A stretch of DNA of 64,000 nucleotides. It comes from Longimicrobiales bacterium (GTDB lineage Bacteria > Gemmatimonadota > Gemmatimonadetes > Longimicrobiales > Gaopeijiaceae). The DNA lies in contig CBDCKN010000003.1 of assembly GCA_965218295.1 (NCBI GenBank), positions 160,001-224,000 of the forward strand. The letters run 5' to 3'. The position numbers and the translations under genes are program-made. Of this stretch, positions 40,421 through 51,191 are shown one piece after another (positions within the stretch are counted from its first letter, which is position 1; every line of letters starts with the position of its first letter). The notes beneath the pieces are model-generated. The model worked only from the letters and a program-made list of their open reading frames with translations. It was not told the origin of the DNA and made no database searches.

Positions 40421-40843
40421 CACAGCTCTCCCCGGTTCGTCAGGTCGACGGCATGGTCGACGGCCCGTGCGGTGAGGCCATATAGGTGATGCTCGGGTTC
40501 TGGTTCGCGACGAGCTGGCCCGGAGAAAGGCCGGCCGTTGCCGCGGTGACACCGAGAATGCGTAGGAGATGGCGCCGATCCATCCGCGCTCCCTTCAGAT
40601 GAGTGGAGCGGTGAACTTAGTCGCGGGGTGCCCGGAGCCGCTAGAAGCCTGACCGAGTAATGGGGTGCTGCCGCGCGACGGCCCCTCGACCTGCGTGCCA
40701 TGCGGCCTGAACTGGTCCCGCGAGTCGTCCCGCAGCATCCTCGGCGAGTCAGACCCACGCGGCCTCGAGTCCGGCCCGCCGGGCTTCGTCAGACGCCAAA
40801 TCCCGGGAGCGATTCGTGTCCTACGTTTCGGACGGGGTGGGAC

Positions 40844-41536
40844 TTACGGTTGAGGCGTCTCGGACGTGCTCGAAAAGGTCACGTCGGTGGAGACCGTCTG
40901 ACCCTCTCCCACCTCCACTGCCGTCTTGACCTCCCCGAACCACTCGTGCCACGCGGTCAGCTCGTACTGCCCCGGCGGGACATCGGTGATCGAATAGGTG
41001 CCATTGTCGTTGGCCCTCGTGAAGAACCCGTTCTCCAGAACCAGGATGTGCGCGATCATCTGGGAGTGGATGTCACACAGCACCAGGATGCTGTCGGGCC
41101 TCGCGAAAACGCCGGAGAACGTCGAGCCGGGGCGCTGGCCGCGGTTGAAGTTGCGGTTTCGGCGCCTCCCCTTGGCGTACGTATGGATGTTGTGGAGCTC
41201 GTCGTCGCTGTTGTGGAACGACACCTCGTCGCCCGCCAGGACGGGCATCACCCTTGGGACGAACGTATAGTCGATCTGATCCAGAAGAAGTTGCTCTGGC
41301 GCCCGTTCCGTTGCCGGGGTCTCCGTCGTCAGCCCCTCGCCGGACAGATAGATCACGGCGTGCGAGATCTCGAAGAACTCGTCATCGGGTATGGTCTCGA
41401 AGATCACCCGTCCTTGAACGATCCCTGTGGCCGGCTGGTCAACTGCCGAGCCGGGGCCGAGGGCCGGCCATAGGAGTGGGGCGATCAGGCCCGCGGTGAG
41501 CGCCAACGTTCCGGGACGAGTCAGGGTGGTGGTCAT
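40844..41536 (-). CDS. Exported cupredoxin-like / carboxypeptidase-regulatory-like protein
   Basis: DQ...FVP, NSD..LHN, CDIHSQM, VPPGQY..AWHE. Confidence 0.75.
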   Translation of the reverse strand: MTTTLTRPGTLALTAGLIAPLLWPALGPGSAVDQPATGIVQGRVIFETIPDDEFFEISHAVIYLSGEGLTTETPATERAPEQLLLDQIDYTFVPRVMPVLAGDEVSFHNSDDELHNIHTYAKGRRRNRNFNRGQRPGSTFSGVFARPDSILVLCDIHSQMIAHILVLENGFFTRANDNGTYSITDVPPGQYELTAWHEWFGEVKTAVEVGEGQTVSTDVTFSSTSETPQP

Positions 41537-41548
41537 GGGTACTCTTGA

Positions 41549-41764
41549 GTGTTGGCCTGCGCGGGGCACGACATTGGCTCCCTCCTACACCGCTGTCCTC
41601 CCCGAGGTCGCTCCACCGTTGGTTACGTCGGCTTCAACCCAGCCACGCGGCAGGATCGGCTGTGGGCAGGCGGCACGGGCGGATACTTCGCGTTCGACGT
41701 CACGGACACGTCCAACCCCGGGGTGGAGAGCCAGTGGCAGCCGCTGCGACTCTTCGAGCCGTGA
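41549..41764 (+). pseudogene. Collapsed remnant of an LVIVD-type secreted protein
   Basis: QDRLWAGGTGGYFAFDVTDTSNP...QWQPLRLFE resembles internal LVIVD-protein segments; no proper start or full length. Confidence 0.4.
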
Positions 41765-41852
41765 GTCGGTGCGTCCCCGGCGACCCACTCATGAGGAAGG
41801 CCCGGCTGCGAGCCGATCCGCTACGAGCGATCCGTTGAACCGCCTATTCGAA

Positions 41853-42977
41853 CTACAGGAGGCCCGTGTTGGGATGGAACGTCGCCCAGGCGAACCAGAA
41901 CGCTACATACGCGTCGGGAATCGGCTCGAGCACCGAGCCCACGAGGGAACCCGAGATCGCCTTTCCAGCCATCGTCCACTCGCTCCCGGTCTCCACGTCG
42001 AAGAACTTGTCGTCACGGACTTCAAACGTGAGGTCCTGACCGTTTGCCCTAGGCTCGAACGCCACGGCGGACTCGGCCTCGGTGGACCAGAACACGACGA
42101 CCGATCGAGTGCCCTGTACGTCGTCGTGAACCACGGCCTTGTTGCCCATGGCAGCGAGAACGGTGAACGGGAACGCCATCCCGAAGCCGTTGTCACGTGG
42201 AATACCGAGGAGGCGCTCCTTCGGGGGGCGCCGGCGGTCGATCTCCTCGTTGGGGTACAGAGTCTCGGCGTTGTTGAGGATCTCGTAGTTCCCGTACGGA
42301 TACGACCCGTAATCACGATCGAAGCCGAGCGCGCCCGAGACGATCAGGGTCTCAGGGTGAAGCTCCCTCCAAGCTTTCCACCGCATCTCCGTCGCCGGAT
42401 ACATGGTCAGGGGTGCGCCGTCTAGCGGACCGCAACGAGCTCCGCGCAGCATCTGCGGGAATAACGACTCCTGAGTCCCGTCGGGCGGGCGGTTGAACAT
42501 GATCAGGTTGTTGTTGTAGAGCAGGCCCGAAACGCCGAAATCGGACCCCTCTACCGACCTGCGATCGAAGACCATGCTCGACCCGGTGAGAGGGCAGTAG
42601 GAGACGGCGAGTGGAATTCCGAAATCGTCGAAGTTCACGATCTCGTGGTGCCACCCGATGTTGTGCGGAACCGCGACGAACACGCCCCCTGCCTCGATCC
42701 CGATCACCCGGTCGGTGTTCATCATGTACGCGGCCTCGGGATGATTGGCAGTGACTAGATGCGGGTTCCGCAGAGCCGGAATTGCGCCCCTGCCTAGTCC
42801 GGTCGAGAAGATCTCGCCTTCGGGGATGCTGCAGACCTGGCCCAGAGGCGGGTCGCCGTTTTGCGGAGACGTCCCGTCACCACCGCCACACGCCGACACG
42901 GCGACTGCGAACGCCAAGATGGCGGTCAGGCTGAATAGCCGCTGGTGGGCGTCACGCACGAACTCGGAAGTGGCCAC
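41853..42977 (-). CDS. DUF3179 domain lipoprotein
   Basis: IPAL, HEIVN, YCPLTGS, FGVSGLLYNNNL, FWFAWATFHP. Confidence 0.88.
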   Translation of the reverse strand: MATSEFVRDAHQRLFSLTAILAFAVAVSACGGGDGTSPQNGDPPLGQVCSIPEGEIFSTGLGRGAIPALRNPHLVTANHPEAAYMMNTDRVIGIEAGGVFVAVPHNIGWHHEIVNFDDFGIPLAVSYCPLTGSSMVFDRRSVEGSDFGVSGLLYNNNLIMFNRPPDGTQESLFPQMLRGARCGPLDGAPLTMYPATEMRWKAWRELHPETLIVSGALGFDRDYGSYPYGNYEILNNAETLYPNEEIDRRRPPKERLLGIPRDNGFGMAFPFTVLAAMGNKAVVHDDVQGTRSVVVFWSTEAESAVAFEPRANGQDLTFEVRDDKFFDVETGSEWTMAGKAISGSLVGSVLEPIPDAYVAFWFAWATFHPNTGLL

Positions 42978-43115
42978 TAGTCTCCGCCTTGAAGAGGAGT
43001 CCGGGATACTATGCGTAACTCTCGGGGGTGGAGAGTGGTTCCCGCGCGCGGAGGAACGTGGTGGGAGGGCCAGCGCCCCGGTGGGAGGCGGTACGGCCCT
43101 ACGCTACTGAGCTAT

Positions 43116-43355
43116 CTAGCGCCTGAGCGAGACGATCTCGATGACGCCCCGGGGGAATCCCATGCCGTAGCGAATGGCGGCGCGACCCGGATCAAGATAG
43201 TGAATCTCGTGAATGTCCCGCACCTGATACACGGCGAGGATATCCAGCCCGCCCATGCGCGTGCCGTCCAGATAGACTGTGGGCGTCAACGCCCTTTGTC
43301 GGGCGGGGCCTGTCAAATGAAACATCCGAGGAGCCACACAGACCCTTTCCGGCAC
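43116..43355 (-). pseudogene. TonB-plug-like small domain, probably 5'-truncated
   Basis: PTVYLDG...IHEIHYL...AAIRYG....GVIEI motif. Confidence 0.5.
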
Positions 43356-43572
43356 CGTTACCGCGAGCCCGAGCCCCTTGTGTATCTTGCCTGCCGACCA
43401 CCATTTGTTGTCCCTGCCCCGTGTGCGAGCGACGCTGTTGGGCGGCGTGGCCCGATGTGTACCTCAGGTGTCCCGACACCGAAGGGCAGACGATCAGCGA
43501 CGACATCATGGGGCGCTTCGACTAGTCCGCTACGGGCCATCACACCGGACATTCACACCGTTCGATCAGGAC

Positions 43573-44133
43573 ATGACTGAAGCCACCGACAGTCCGCTGG
43601 GCGGCCCGAGCGAGCTCACGCTCTGGGTCGGTATCTTCACGCTGACGCTCCTCGTGGGCGGGCTTGTGGCCGCCCTGGCCGCATTTCCGCAAGCGCTGCG
43701 ATTGGACGGGCTCGACGTGTCCAGGCTCCCACGCCTGCACGCATTCATGAACGGCACCACCGCGGTGCTCCTTGGGGCCGGCTATCTGGCGATCCGGAGT
43801 GGACGGCGGAAGACGCACCTCCGCCTGATGTCCATGAGCTTTGGGCTGTCGTGTCTCTTCCTGATCTCCTATGTGACTTATCACTCGCAGGCGCCGCAGG
43901 CCCACTTCGGAGGCGTGGGCTGGGTGCGTCCCGTCTACTTCTTCATCTTCATCACGCATATCTCGCTGGCGCCCATCCTGGTTCCGCTCGTCTTGTTCAC
44001 CCTGTCTAGAGCGGTGCGTGGAGAGCTGGCAAAGCACCGTCGGCTGGCCCGGTGGACGCTGCCCGTCTGGATGTACGTTGCCGTCACGGGCGTCCTGGTC
44101 TACGTCATGATGGCGCCCTACTACGACTTCTGA
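43573..44133 (+). CDS. DUF420 family membrane protein
   Basis: LHAFMN, FLISYVTYH, HISLA, HRRLARWTLPVWMYVAVTGVLVY. Confidence 0.9.
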   Translation: MTEATDSPLGGPSELTLWVGIFTLTLLVGGLVAALAAFPQALRLDGLDVSRLPRLHAFMNGTTAVLLGAGYLAIRSGRRKTHLRLMSMSFGLSCLFLISYVTYHSQAPQAHFGGVGWVRPVYFFIFITHISLAPILVPLVLFTLSRAVRGELAKHRRLARWTLPVWMYVAVTGVLVYVMMAPYYDF

Positions 44134-44193
44134 CGGAGCCCCTGCTGCCCGGGTTTGCCCGGCCAGGGCTCGTTCCTCAAGCCCTACCCGGCC

Positions 44194-45786
44194 TCACGGC
44201 AGCCCGAAGACGAACATGGCGCCACCGGCTGCCATCACGACCCGTTGCCCGCCATCCACTTCGAACGACATGGGGTTCGACCGTGCCGCGGCCCCGGCGT
44301 GGAAATCCCACAACGACTCCCCGGTCTCGGCGTCCAGGGCGTAGAAGTTGTTCTCGCTGGTTCCACCGAACACCAGGCCGCCCGCCGTGGACATGACGCC
44401 GGCCCACGGAGGTGACAGCAGCCCGAACCGCCATCGGACCTTACCTGTTCGAACGTCGAGTGCTTTGACCGAGCCGGAGGCATCGTCACCGCTCAGAGCC
44501 TGCTCCCCACCGCCCATGAAGGGTTTGCCGGGCTCGTACTCGGCTTCACCCTTGTAGTAGACGGATCCCATCTCCCGTACGGCGACGTACACCATATCGG
44601 TGGCGGGACTGTAGCTCGGGCTGAACCAGTTGGTGGCCCCCTGAAGGCTCGGCCACACCAAGTTGCCCTCCTCTGTGGGCGTCGTGTTGGGGAGGACGAT
44701 CGGTCGACCGTTCTCGTCGAGACCGGCCGCCCACGTCTGCTTCGAGTACTCCCTGCCAGTGATGAACTCGCCGGTCTCGCGGTCCAGCACGTAGTAGAAC
44801 GCGTTGCGGTTGGCCATGGTCACCAGGCGGCGCATGCGCCCGTCGATCTCGAGGTCTACCAGGATGGGAATCTCGTTCGCGTCCCAATCGTGCACGTCGT
44901 GTGGCGTGAACTGGAAGTACCAGCGCATCTCTCCGGTGTCGGCGTCGATGGCCAGGAGGGAGCACGTGTAGAGGTTGTCTCCTGGTCGTTCGTCGCCGTT
45001 CCAGTCCGGAGCCGGATTCCCGATGCCCCAGTACAGGAGTTTGAGCTGCGGGTCGTAGGAGCCTGTCAGCCAGGTGGAGCCTCCACCGGTCCTCCAGCTG
45101 TCTCCCCCCCAGGTCTCACTCCCCGGCTCGCCGGGCGCCGGCACCGTGTAGAGGCGCCAGACACGCTCTCCGGTGGCGGCGTCATACGCGTCCACGAAGC
45201 CGCGGATGCCGGCCTCCGCCCCGCTCACGCCGATGACGACCTTCCCGTCGATGGCCAGAGGCGCCGCCGTGATGGCGAAGCCCACCGAGTTGTCGGCGAC
45301 CTCCACGTCCCACCGCACCGTCCCCGAGCCGGCGTCCAATGCAACCAGATGCGCGTTCAGCGTTCCCACGTAGACCGTCTCATCGAGAACGGCCACGCCG
45401 CGGTTCACCCTGGGGAAGCCGATGGCCAGGACCCCCGGAGGCAGAGACGGGGACCAGGTCCAGATGCGGCGTCCTGTGTGCACGTCGAGGGCGGTCACCG
45501 TGCTCGGCGGCTCGGTCAGGTACATGACATCGCCCACCACGAGCGGAGTCGTCTCCACGAGGCCGGGGTTCCGCATCTGGTACACCCACTTCACCTGGAG
45601 GTCGGAGACGGTATTCCGGTTGATCTCCTTTAGGGGTGAGTATCGCTCCGACGAGTAAGAGCCGGAGTAGGTGAGCCAGTTGTGCGGCTCCTCGGACGCT
45701 CGCACAAGCCTCTCATAGGACACTTGACCCGGGAGCGCGCCGGGCGCAGTGGTCACCATCGATGCGATCAGCACGATCCTCCTCAT
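44194..45786 (-). CDS. PQQ-dependent dehydrogenase (methanol/ethanol superfamily)
   Basis: RYSPL, ETTPLV, VNRG, GAEAGIRG, GNPAP, PHDVHDWD, GATNW, tryptophan-docking repeats. Confidence 0.9.
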   Translation of the reverse strand: MRRIVLIASMVTTAPGALPGQVSYERLVRASEEPHNWLTYSGSYSSERYSPLKEINRNTVSDLQVKWVYQMRNPGLVETTPLVVGDVMYLTEPPSTVTALDVHTGRRIWTWSPSLPPGVLAIGFPRVNRGVAVLDETVYVGTLNAHLVALDAGSGTVRWDVEVADNSVGFAITAAPLAIDGKVVIGVSGAEAGIRGFVDAYDAATGERVWRLYTVPAPGEPGSETWGGDSWRTGGGSTWLTGSYDPQLKLLYWGIGNPAPDWNGDERPGDNLYTCSLLAIDADTGEMRWYFQFTPHDVHDWDANEIPILVDLEIDGRMRRLVTMANRNAFYYVLDRETGEFITGREYSKQTWAAGLDENGRPIVLPNTTPTEEGNLVWPSLQGATNWFSPSYSPATDMVYVAVREMGSVYYKGEAEYEPGKPFMGGGEQALSGDDASGSVKALDVRTGKVRWRFGLLSPPWAGVMSTAGGLVFGGTSENNFYALDAETGESLWDFHAGAAARSNPMSFEVDGGQRVVMAAGGAMFVFGLP

Positions 45787-46628
45787 GACTGCCCCCTCAG
45801 GCTTGCGAGATAGGCCACCAGGTCGTCCATCTCGGCGTCGGAGAACGTGCCTCGGTAGTTCGGCATAAGGCTCTTGTCGAACTGCTTTTCGAGAGCCTCC
45901 AATTCCAGCTTCCGGAGCGAATGGACCTTCCCGTCCTCATCCCGAAGCTGGATCGTGTAAGAGTCCTCGTTGACGCGCATGCCCGTCATCTCGACCCCGG
46001 CCCGGGTCACGATCCGCACGGGAAGGAAGTCCGCAAAACCCACGGGCAGGACCGTGAGCCCCTCGGGGAGCGCTGCTCCGGGATCGATGAGAGATTCGTA
46101 CAGATAGCCGGCACCCCTGCGAGCCCCCACCGCCGAGAGATCGGGGCCGAGATTGGTCCCGAAGCCGCCCACCGTGTGGCACGTGCTGCATCCCCCCTTG
46201 CTCTCGAACAGCTCCCTTCCCCGCTCGGGACTTCCCGTGAGAGGTTCATTCGGCGTACGCCCCAGGAATCTGACATAGGAAACGAGTTGTTCGATCTCCG
46301 CGGCCGAGAGGAGCCACGTGCGTGGCATGCCGGTGCCCGGGATGCCGTTCGTGATGAGGGACGCCAAGCCGGTGTCGTCCCGCACCCGGGTGAGGAACGG
46401 GCGTGCCAGGCTCGGGCCTTCGCCCCCGGCTCCGTCCATTCCATGGCAGCGCGCACAGTGCGTTCGGAACTGCCGCTCCCCGGGTACGAGGGTCGTCGCG
46501 TCCTCCTGGGCGAGAATCGGCGGGGCCAGGAGAGCTGTGACCAAGAGGAGGGCGGCGAGAACCGGCTTGGCTATGGGTCGTGAGACCCCAGAGAGCACAG
46601 CGGCGGGCAATGGCCAGAAGCGCAGCAT
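45783..46628 (-). CDS. Dihaem c-type cytochrome
   Basis: CARCH and CSTCH, GPDLS, SLMP; overlaps the dehydrogenase start. Confidence 0.88.
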   Translation of the reverse strand: MLRFWPLPAAVLSGVSRPIAKPVLAALLLVTALLAPPILAQEDATTLVPGERQFRTHCARCHGMDGAGGEGPSLARPFLTRVRDDTGLASLITNGIPGTGMPRTWLLSAAEIEQLVSYVRFLGRTPNEPLTGSPERGRELFESKGGCSTCHTVGGFGTNLGPDLSAVGARRGAGYLYESLIDPGAALPEGLTVLPVGFADFLPVRIVTRAGVEMTGMRVNEDSYTIQLRDEDGKVHSLRKLELEALEKQFDKSLMPNYRGTFSDAEMDDLVAYLASLRGQS

Positions 46629-46859
46629 GGTGGCCTCCGTCGATCGGCGGCAATGGCGGTGACGACCCAACGAGCGTTTGGGTGATCCGCCAAACTATAG
46701 CGGGGAGAGCCGGGAAGACACCTTGTTGTGGCAGGCGTCCGACGAGGTGCTTCCGGTTGCCCCGTCAGGTCCCTCGTGGGGAGGGTTCGACAACCATGTC
46801 GCCACACCCGATCTTGGTGGGGCTTTCGATCCGGGAAACAACCGCGCAGGGGGATCACC

Positions 46860-48416
46860 ATGCACTCCACCGGAGCCAGTCTGGTCCTCGCCGCAATCAC
46901 CTTCGGCTCGCTGGCCTGTGAGCTTCAGCCCGGGCCCATCGATGTGGTGGAGGCGGCCATCGCCGACATCCAACATGCGATCGTGAGCGGACGGACGACC
47001 TGCAGGCTCGTGGTCCAAGCCTACCTCGATCGGATCGAGGCGTACGACGAGTCCACCGTAAGCGCCACCACCGTGGTGAACCCCAACGCCCTCTCCCGTG
47101 CGGACGACCTCGACGCATTGTTGGCCGCAGGCCTGGAGCCCCCACCCCTCTTCTGCGCACCCATGCTCGTCAAGGACAACTTCGACACCCACGACCTGCC
47201 GACCACTGGAGGCTCCATCGCCCTCATGGAGAGTCTCCCTCCCGACGACGCCTTCATGGTGCGTCGTATCCGCGAGGCCGGCGCGGTAGTCATCGCAAAA
47301 ACGAACATGGCGGAGTGGGCCTTCAGCGCCCGCCAGACGGTGAGTTCGTCCTACGACACGACCTCGAACGCCTATGCCTTCGACCGAGTACCGGCAGGAT
47401 CCAGCGGGGGGACTGCCTCGGGCGTCGCGGCCAGCTTCGGGGTGGCAGGGCTGGGCAGCGATACGGGGAATTCCATCCGAGGCCCCTCTTCACACCTCGC
47501 TCTCGTGGGGATCCGCTCCACCATCGGCCTCACGAGCCGGGACGGTGTGATCCCCCTCTTCTTCGACCGGGACATCGCTGGGCCCATGGCCCGCAGCGTC
47601 GAAGACGCGGCCAGGATCTTCAACGTGGTCGCCGGATACGACCCGGCCGATCCGTACACCGAGGCCGGGCGCGGCCGTAAGGAGATCGACTACACGGCCG
47701 GCCTGGACGCGAACGGCCTGGAGGGAGCACGTCTCGCGGTGCTCCGCCAATTGGTGGACGCCGAGGACGCCGACACGGCGGTCATCCGGGTGTTCGAGGA
47801 AGCCGTCGCCGACCTCGCCCGTCTCGGCGCCGAGATCGTGGACCCCCTCGACTTCGACCTCCAGGCACAACTCGATCGGGAGGGCATGTTCTGCAGGCGC
47901 TTCCGCTACGACATGTACCAATACCTGTCGTCCCTGGGCGAGAGCGCGCCCATCCGCGACGTTCTCGAGGTGCTGGAGACGGGCCAGTACGCCGACTACG
48001 CCGAGCAGTCGCTCCGTCGCTATGAAGAGATCCCCATGGACGTGCACCCCCGCGACTGGGAGACGCCCTGCCCCGACTACCTGGAGCACCAGGGGAGGCA
48101 GGCGTATCTATCCGACCTGGTTGCGGCCATGGACGCCGCCGAGGTGGACGCCGTCATCTACCCCACGTGGCGGAATCCCCCGGCGCACCTGGATCGGGCC
48201 CGAGAAGAGTACCTTGGGGACAACAGCCAGCTCGTGGCGCCGGCAACCGGCATGCCCGCCATCACGGTCCCCATGGGGTTCACGTACGCTACGCTTCCAG
48301 CGGGCCTCCAGATCCTGGCGCGCCCCTACGCCGAGCTCCTGCTCTTCCGGCTGGCCTACGCGTATGAGCAGGGGACGCACCACAGACGGCCCCCGGCCGG
48401 TTTCCCCGCGCTGTGA
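46860..48416 (+). CDS. Amidase signature family protein (lipoprotein-like)
   Basis: KDN, GSSGG, GSDTGNSIRGPS. Confidence 0.92.
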   Translation: MHSTGASLVLAAITFGSLACELQPGPIDVVEAAIADIQHAIVSGRTTCRLVVQAYLDRIEAYDESTVSATTVVNPNALSRADDLDALLAAGLEPPPLFCAPMLVKDNFDTHDLPTTGGSIALMESLPPDDAFMVRRIREAGAVVIAKTNMAEWAFSARQTVSSSYDTTSNAYAFDRVPAGSSGGTASGVAASFGVAGLGSDTGNSIRGPSSHLALVGIRSTIGLTSRDGVIPLFFDRDIAGPMARSVEDAARIFNVVAGYDPADPYTEAGRGRKEIDYTAGLDANGLEGARLAVLRQLVDAEDADTAVIRVFEEAVADLARLGAEIVDPLDFDLQAQLDREGMFCRRFRYDMYQYLSSLGESAPIRDVLEVLETGQYADYAEQSLRRYEEIPMDVHPRDWETPCPDYLEHQGRQAYLSDLVAAMDAAEVDAVIYPTWRNPPAHLDRAREEYLGDNSQLVAPATGMPAITVPMGFTYATLPAGLQILARPYAELLLFRLAYAYEQGTHHRRPPAGFPAL

Positions 48417-48535
48417 GAGCGCGAAGCCGTTGCCGAGTGAGACTTCCTGCACCGCCCGGGCCCTCGTTGCCGGTGTATAGAGCCCGGTCTAACGTGGACG
48501 GGCGCCCCCCCGTGGCTCCTTCCGCGGAGACCGAA

Positions 48536-49838
48536 ATGCGTCTTGCCATACTTCTCCTGATGGCAGTCCTCACGAGCACATCTCTGTCCGCCCAACAGTT
48601 GGAAATCTGCCACATCGACGTGGATCAGGGGGACGCGACCCTCGTCGTCTCGCCCACGGGCGAGAGCTTGCTCATCGACTCAGGGGACAACGGCCAGGGC
48701 CAAAGAATCCGTCAGGTGCTTCACAACGCGGGCGTCGACAGAATCGACCACTTCGTGACCACGCACTACCACGCGGACCACTACGGAGGGATCGACGAGC
48801 TCACGGTCAGCCCAGCCATCCCGATCATCAACGTTTACGACCGTGGTGACAAGGCATTCCTACCTGCTAGCAAGCGCACGGGAGCGCGTTATGTCGAATA
48901 CGACGCCGCCCTGGGACATCGCGCCCAGCACCTACAACGCGGCGAATCGTTCATGCTGGGGGCAGTCACGGTGACCTGCATCGCTTCCGGCGGCGGCGTC
49001 ATGGGCGAGCAGGATCCCGAGCCCGGCCACGATGAGAACGACATGAGCGTTGCCCTCCTCATAGAGTGGCAAGGCTTCAGACTCTTCGTCGGGGGCGACA
49101 TCGAGTCGTTCACCGAAGAGAAAATCGCCGCTCTCGACGCAGCAACGGACGTGGATGTCTATCAGGCCAACCACCACGGCTCCCACTCGAGCACCTCGGC
49201 GGCCTTCATCCGGGACCTCTCACCCAGCGTCGTGATTATCTCCAACGGAGACCGGGCCGACTATCGCCACCCCCGGCAAGTCACCTTGGAGGCCTTGGCC
49301 GCCCTTCCGGAGCCACCCGCAGTGTTCCAGACGAACCGCTACACGAAGGGCGGACTGGGGGGCAACGTCGCCGACGACTTCATCGCCGATCAGGATCCGA
49401 GCGGGCCGGAGGGTACGATACGGGTCACGGTGGATGGGTCCGGCGGCCAGTACAGCGTCCGCTACAGCACCAATCAGCATATATTCGACTTCAAGAACCG
49501 GACGCCTCCCGAGGCCAGCATCGTGATCGAGAGCCTGCTTCCCAACCCCGTCGGTCCCGACCGGGAGCTAGAGGAGGTTACGGTCCGGAACGAGGGCCCG
49601 GGCACGGTCGACCTGAAGGAATGGTACCTGCAGGACCTGGCGCTACGCCGGTGGCCCCTTGCGGATCTCGGCACCCTCACCGCCGGAAGCAGCGGCACGA
49701 CCCTGCGGCGCGGCCTGCCGCTGAACCTGAACAACGGCGGAGACACCATCGTCCTCGTGGATCCCACGGGACAGGTCCGGGATCGGTTCGGTTATACCAC
49801 GACCGCGGGAGGGGATCCGCATCGTGACGGGCCACTGA
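48536..49838 (+). CDS. Secreted ComEC/Rec2-type metallo-beta-lactamase fold protein with lamin-tail domain
   Basis: DVDQGDA, THYHADHYGG, GGD, NHHGS, YRHP; C-terminal LPNP..EV.VRN...LNNGGD; frameshift near the 3' end. Confidence 0.8.
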
Positions 49839-49980
49839 GGGGTGGCCGCGTTCAACTACGAGCGGTATCAGGGCGACACCCGCAGCTTCCCGGCCGATCC
49901 CGAGATTTGGGAGGGAGCCATCGCCATGCCGTCCTGCCGCTCCCGAGATCGGTAGCGGCGGGTGGCGGGAGCCGGTGAAG

Positions 49981-50430
49981 TCAGCTGTGGGGAAGTCGGG
50001 GCCGTAGAAACCCGTATGCCCAGGCACCCGCCATCGCCGCCAGCAGCCCCACTACCATCACCCAGACGCCGGCACCGATGAGGGCGTAGATCGGACCGGG
50101 ACAGGCGCCCAGCAGGCCCCACCCGAGACCGAAGATCGTGCCACCGATCCAGTGCTGTGGCCCAGGTCGGGTGTCCTCGGGGGTCGGGAAGACGATGGGC
50201 CGTCCCGTCACGGTGCGGGCACCGGTCCGCTTGATCAGGAAGACACCCAGGGCCCCCACCGCTACCGCCCCACCGATGATCCCATACATATGGAAAGCGT
50301 GAAAGCGGAACATCTCCTGGATCCTGAACCAGGAGACCGCCTCGGTCTTGAGAAAGACCACTCCCAGGTAGACGCCCAGAAGGAGGTACGGCCACCCGGG
50401 CTCCTGTCGGTTCAGCGTCTGCCCGGTCAT
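49981..50430 (-). CDS. YeeE/YedE sulfur transporter subunit
   Basis: SWFRIQEMFRF, GGTIFGLGWGLLGACPGP. Confidence 0.88.
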   Translation of the reverse strand: MTGQTLNRQEPGWPYLLLGVYLGVVFLKTEAVSWFRIQEMFRFHAFHMYGIIGGAVAVGALGVFLIKRTGARTVTGRPIVFPTPEDTRPGPQHWIGGTIFGLGWGLLGACPGPIYALIGAGVWVMVVGLLAAMAGAWAYGFLRPRLPHS

Positions 50431-50433
50431 CGG

Positions 50434-50988
50434 TCAGAGGATCAGCGGAAGAAGAAAATGTGTGACGATGAGACCGCCCACGAAGAATCCGACCACAGCC
50501 GCCAGAGACGAGAGCTGGAGGTTCGAAAGTCCCGAGATCGCGTGGCCGGAGGTGCAGCCGTTCGCGTAGCGGGCGCCGAAGCCAACCAGGAATCCTCCGA
50601 CAACGATAAGGAGGAATCCCGCTCCGCTGGTCAGGCCGCTCCACGAGAAGAGCGACAGAGGCACCAAGCCCTCCCGGTTCTGAAGCCCCAGCTCCGAGAG
50701 TGCGGCCCAGGTACGCTCCGAGATGGGCAGGACGGGATCGGGGGACGCGAGAAAGGCGCTGGCAATCGCTGCGCCGAGTACAATGCCCAGGGCCATGAGG
50801 AGCTGCCAAGCCCCCCGGGACCTCCAGTCGTAGCGGAAGTACTCAAGTCCGGCGGGAACGGTGGCAGCACACAAATGGCGGAGGGTCGACGAGACGCCCC
50901 ACTTCCTCCCTCCGTACAGGTAGACCACCGGGACCACCAGCCCGATCAGTGGACCACCGACCCACCACGGCCAAGTCTCTCGGATCAC
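50434..50988 (-). CDS. YeeE/YedE sulfur transporter subunit
   Basis: WPWWVGGPLIG, GFGARYANGCTSGHAISG. Confidence 0.9.
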   Translation of the reverse strand: MIRETWPWWVGGPLIGLVVPVVYLYGGRKWGVSSTLRHLCAATVPAGLEYFRYDWRSRGAWQLLMALGIVLGAAIASAFLASPDPVLPISERTWAALSELGLQNREGLVPLSLFSWSGLTSGAGFLLIVVGGFLVGFGARYANGCTSGHAISGLSNLQLSSLAAVVGFFVGGLIVTHFLLPLIL

Positions 50989-51191
50989 TTTCCGACCGGA
51001 TCGGGAGGAGCGATGACGGCGAATCTGGACACGACTCCCACGGATATTAACCTCGTAACGTCCTCGTCGGACGAGGCCCACGCGATCGTCCGACCGACAA
51101 GAATGTTGCCCTGTGCTCAGAAGGGACCGCCCCGAGCCGCCGGTAAATAGAGGGCCGGCATTGAGAAACACAATCCCGGCCCACCGAAGGC

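Noticed and set aside
43040..43120. tRNA-like TAGCTCAGTAGCGTAGGGC on the minus strand
   Set aside because: Only a D-arm-like resemblance; no T-loop or acceptor stem
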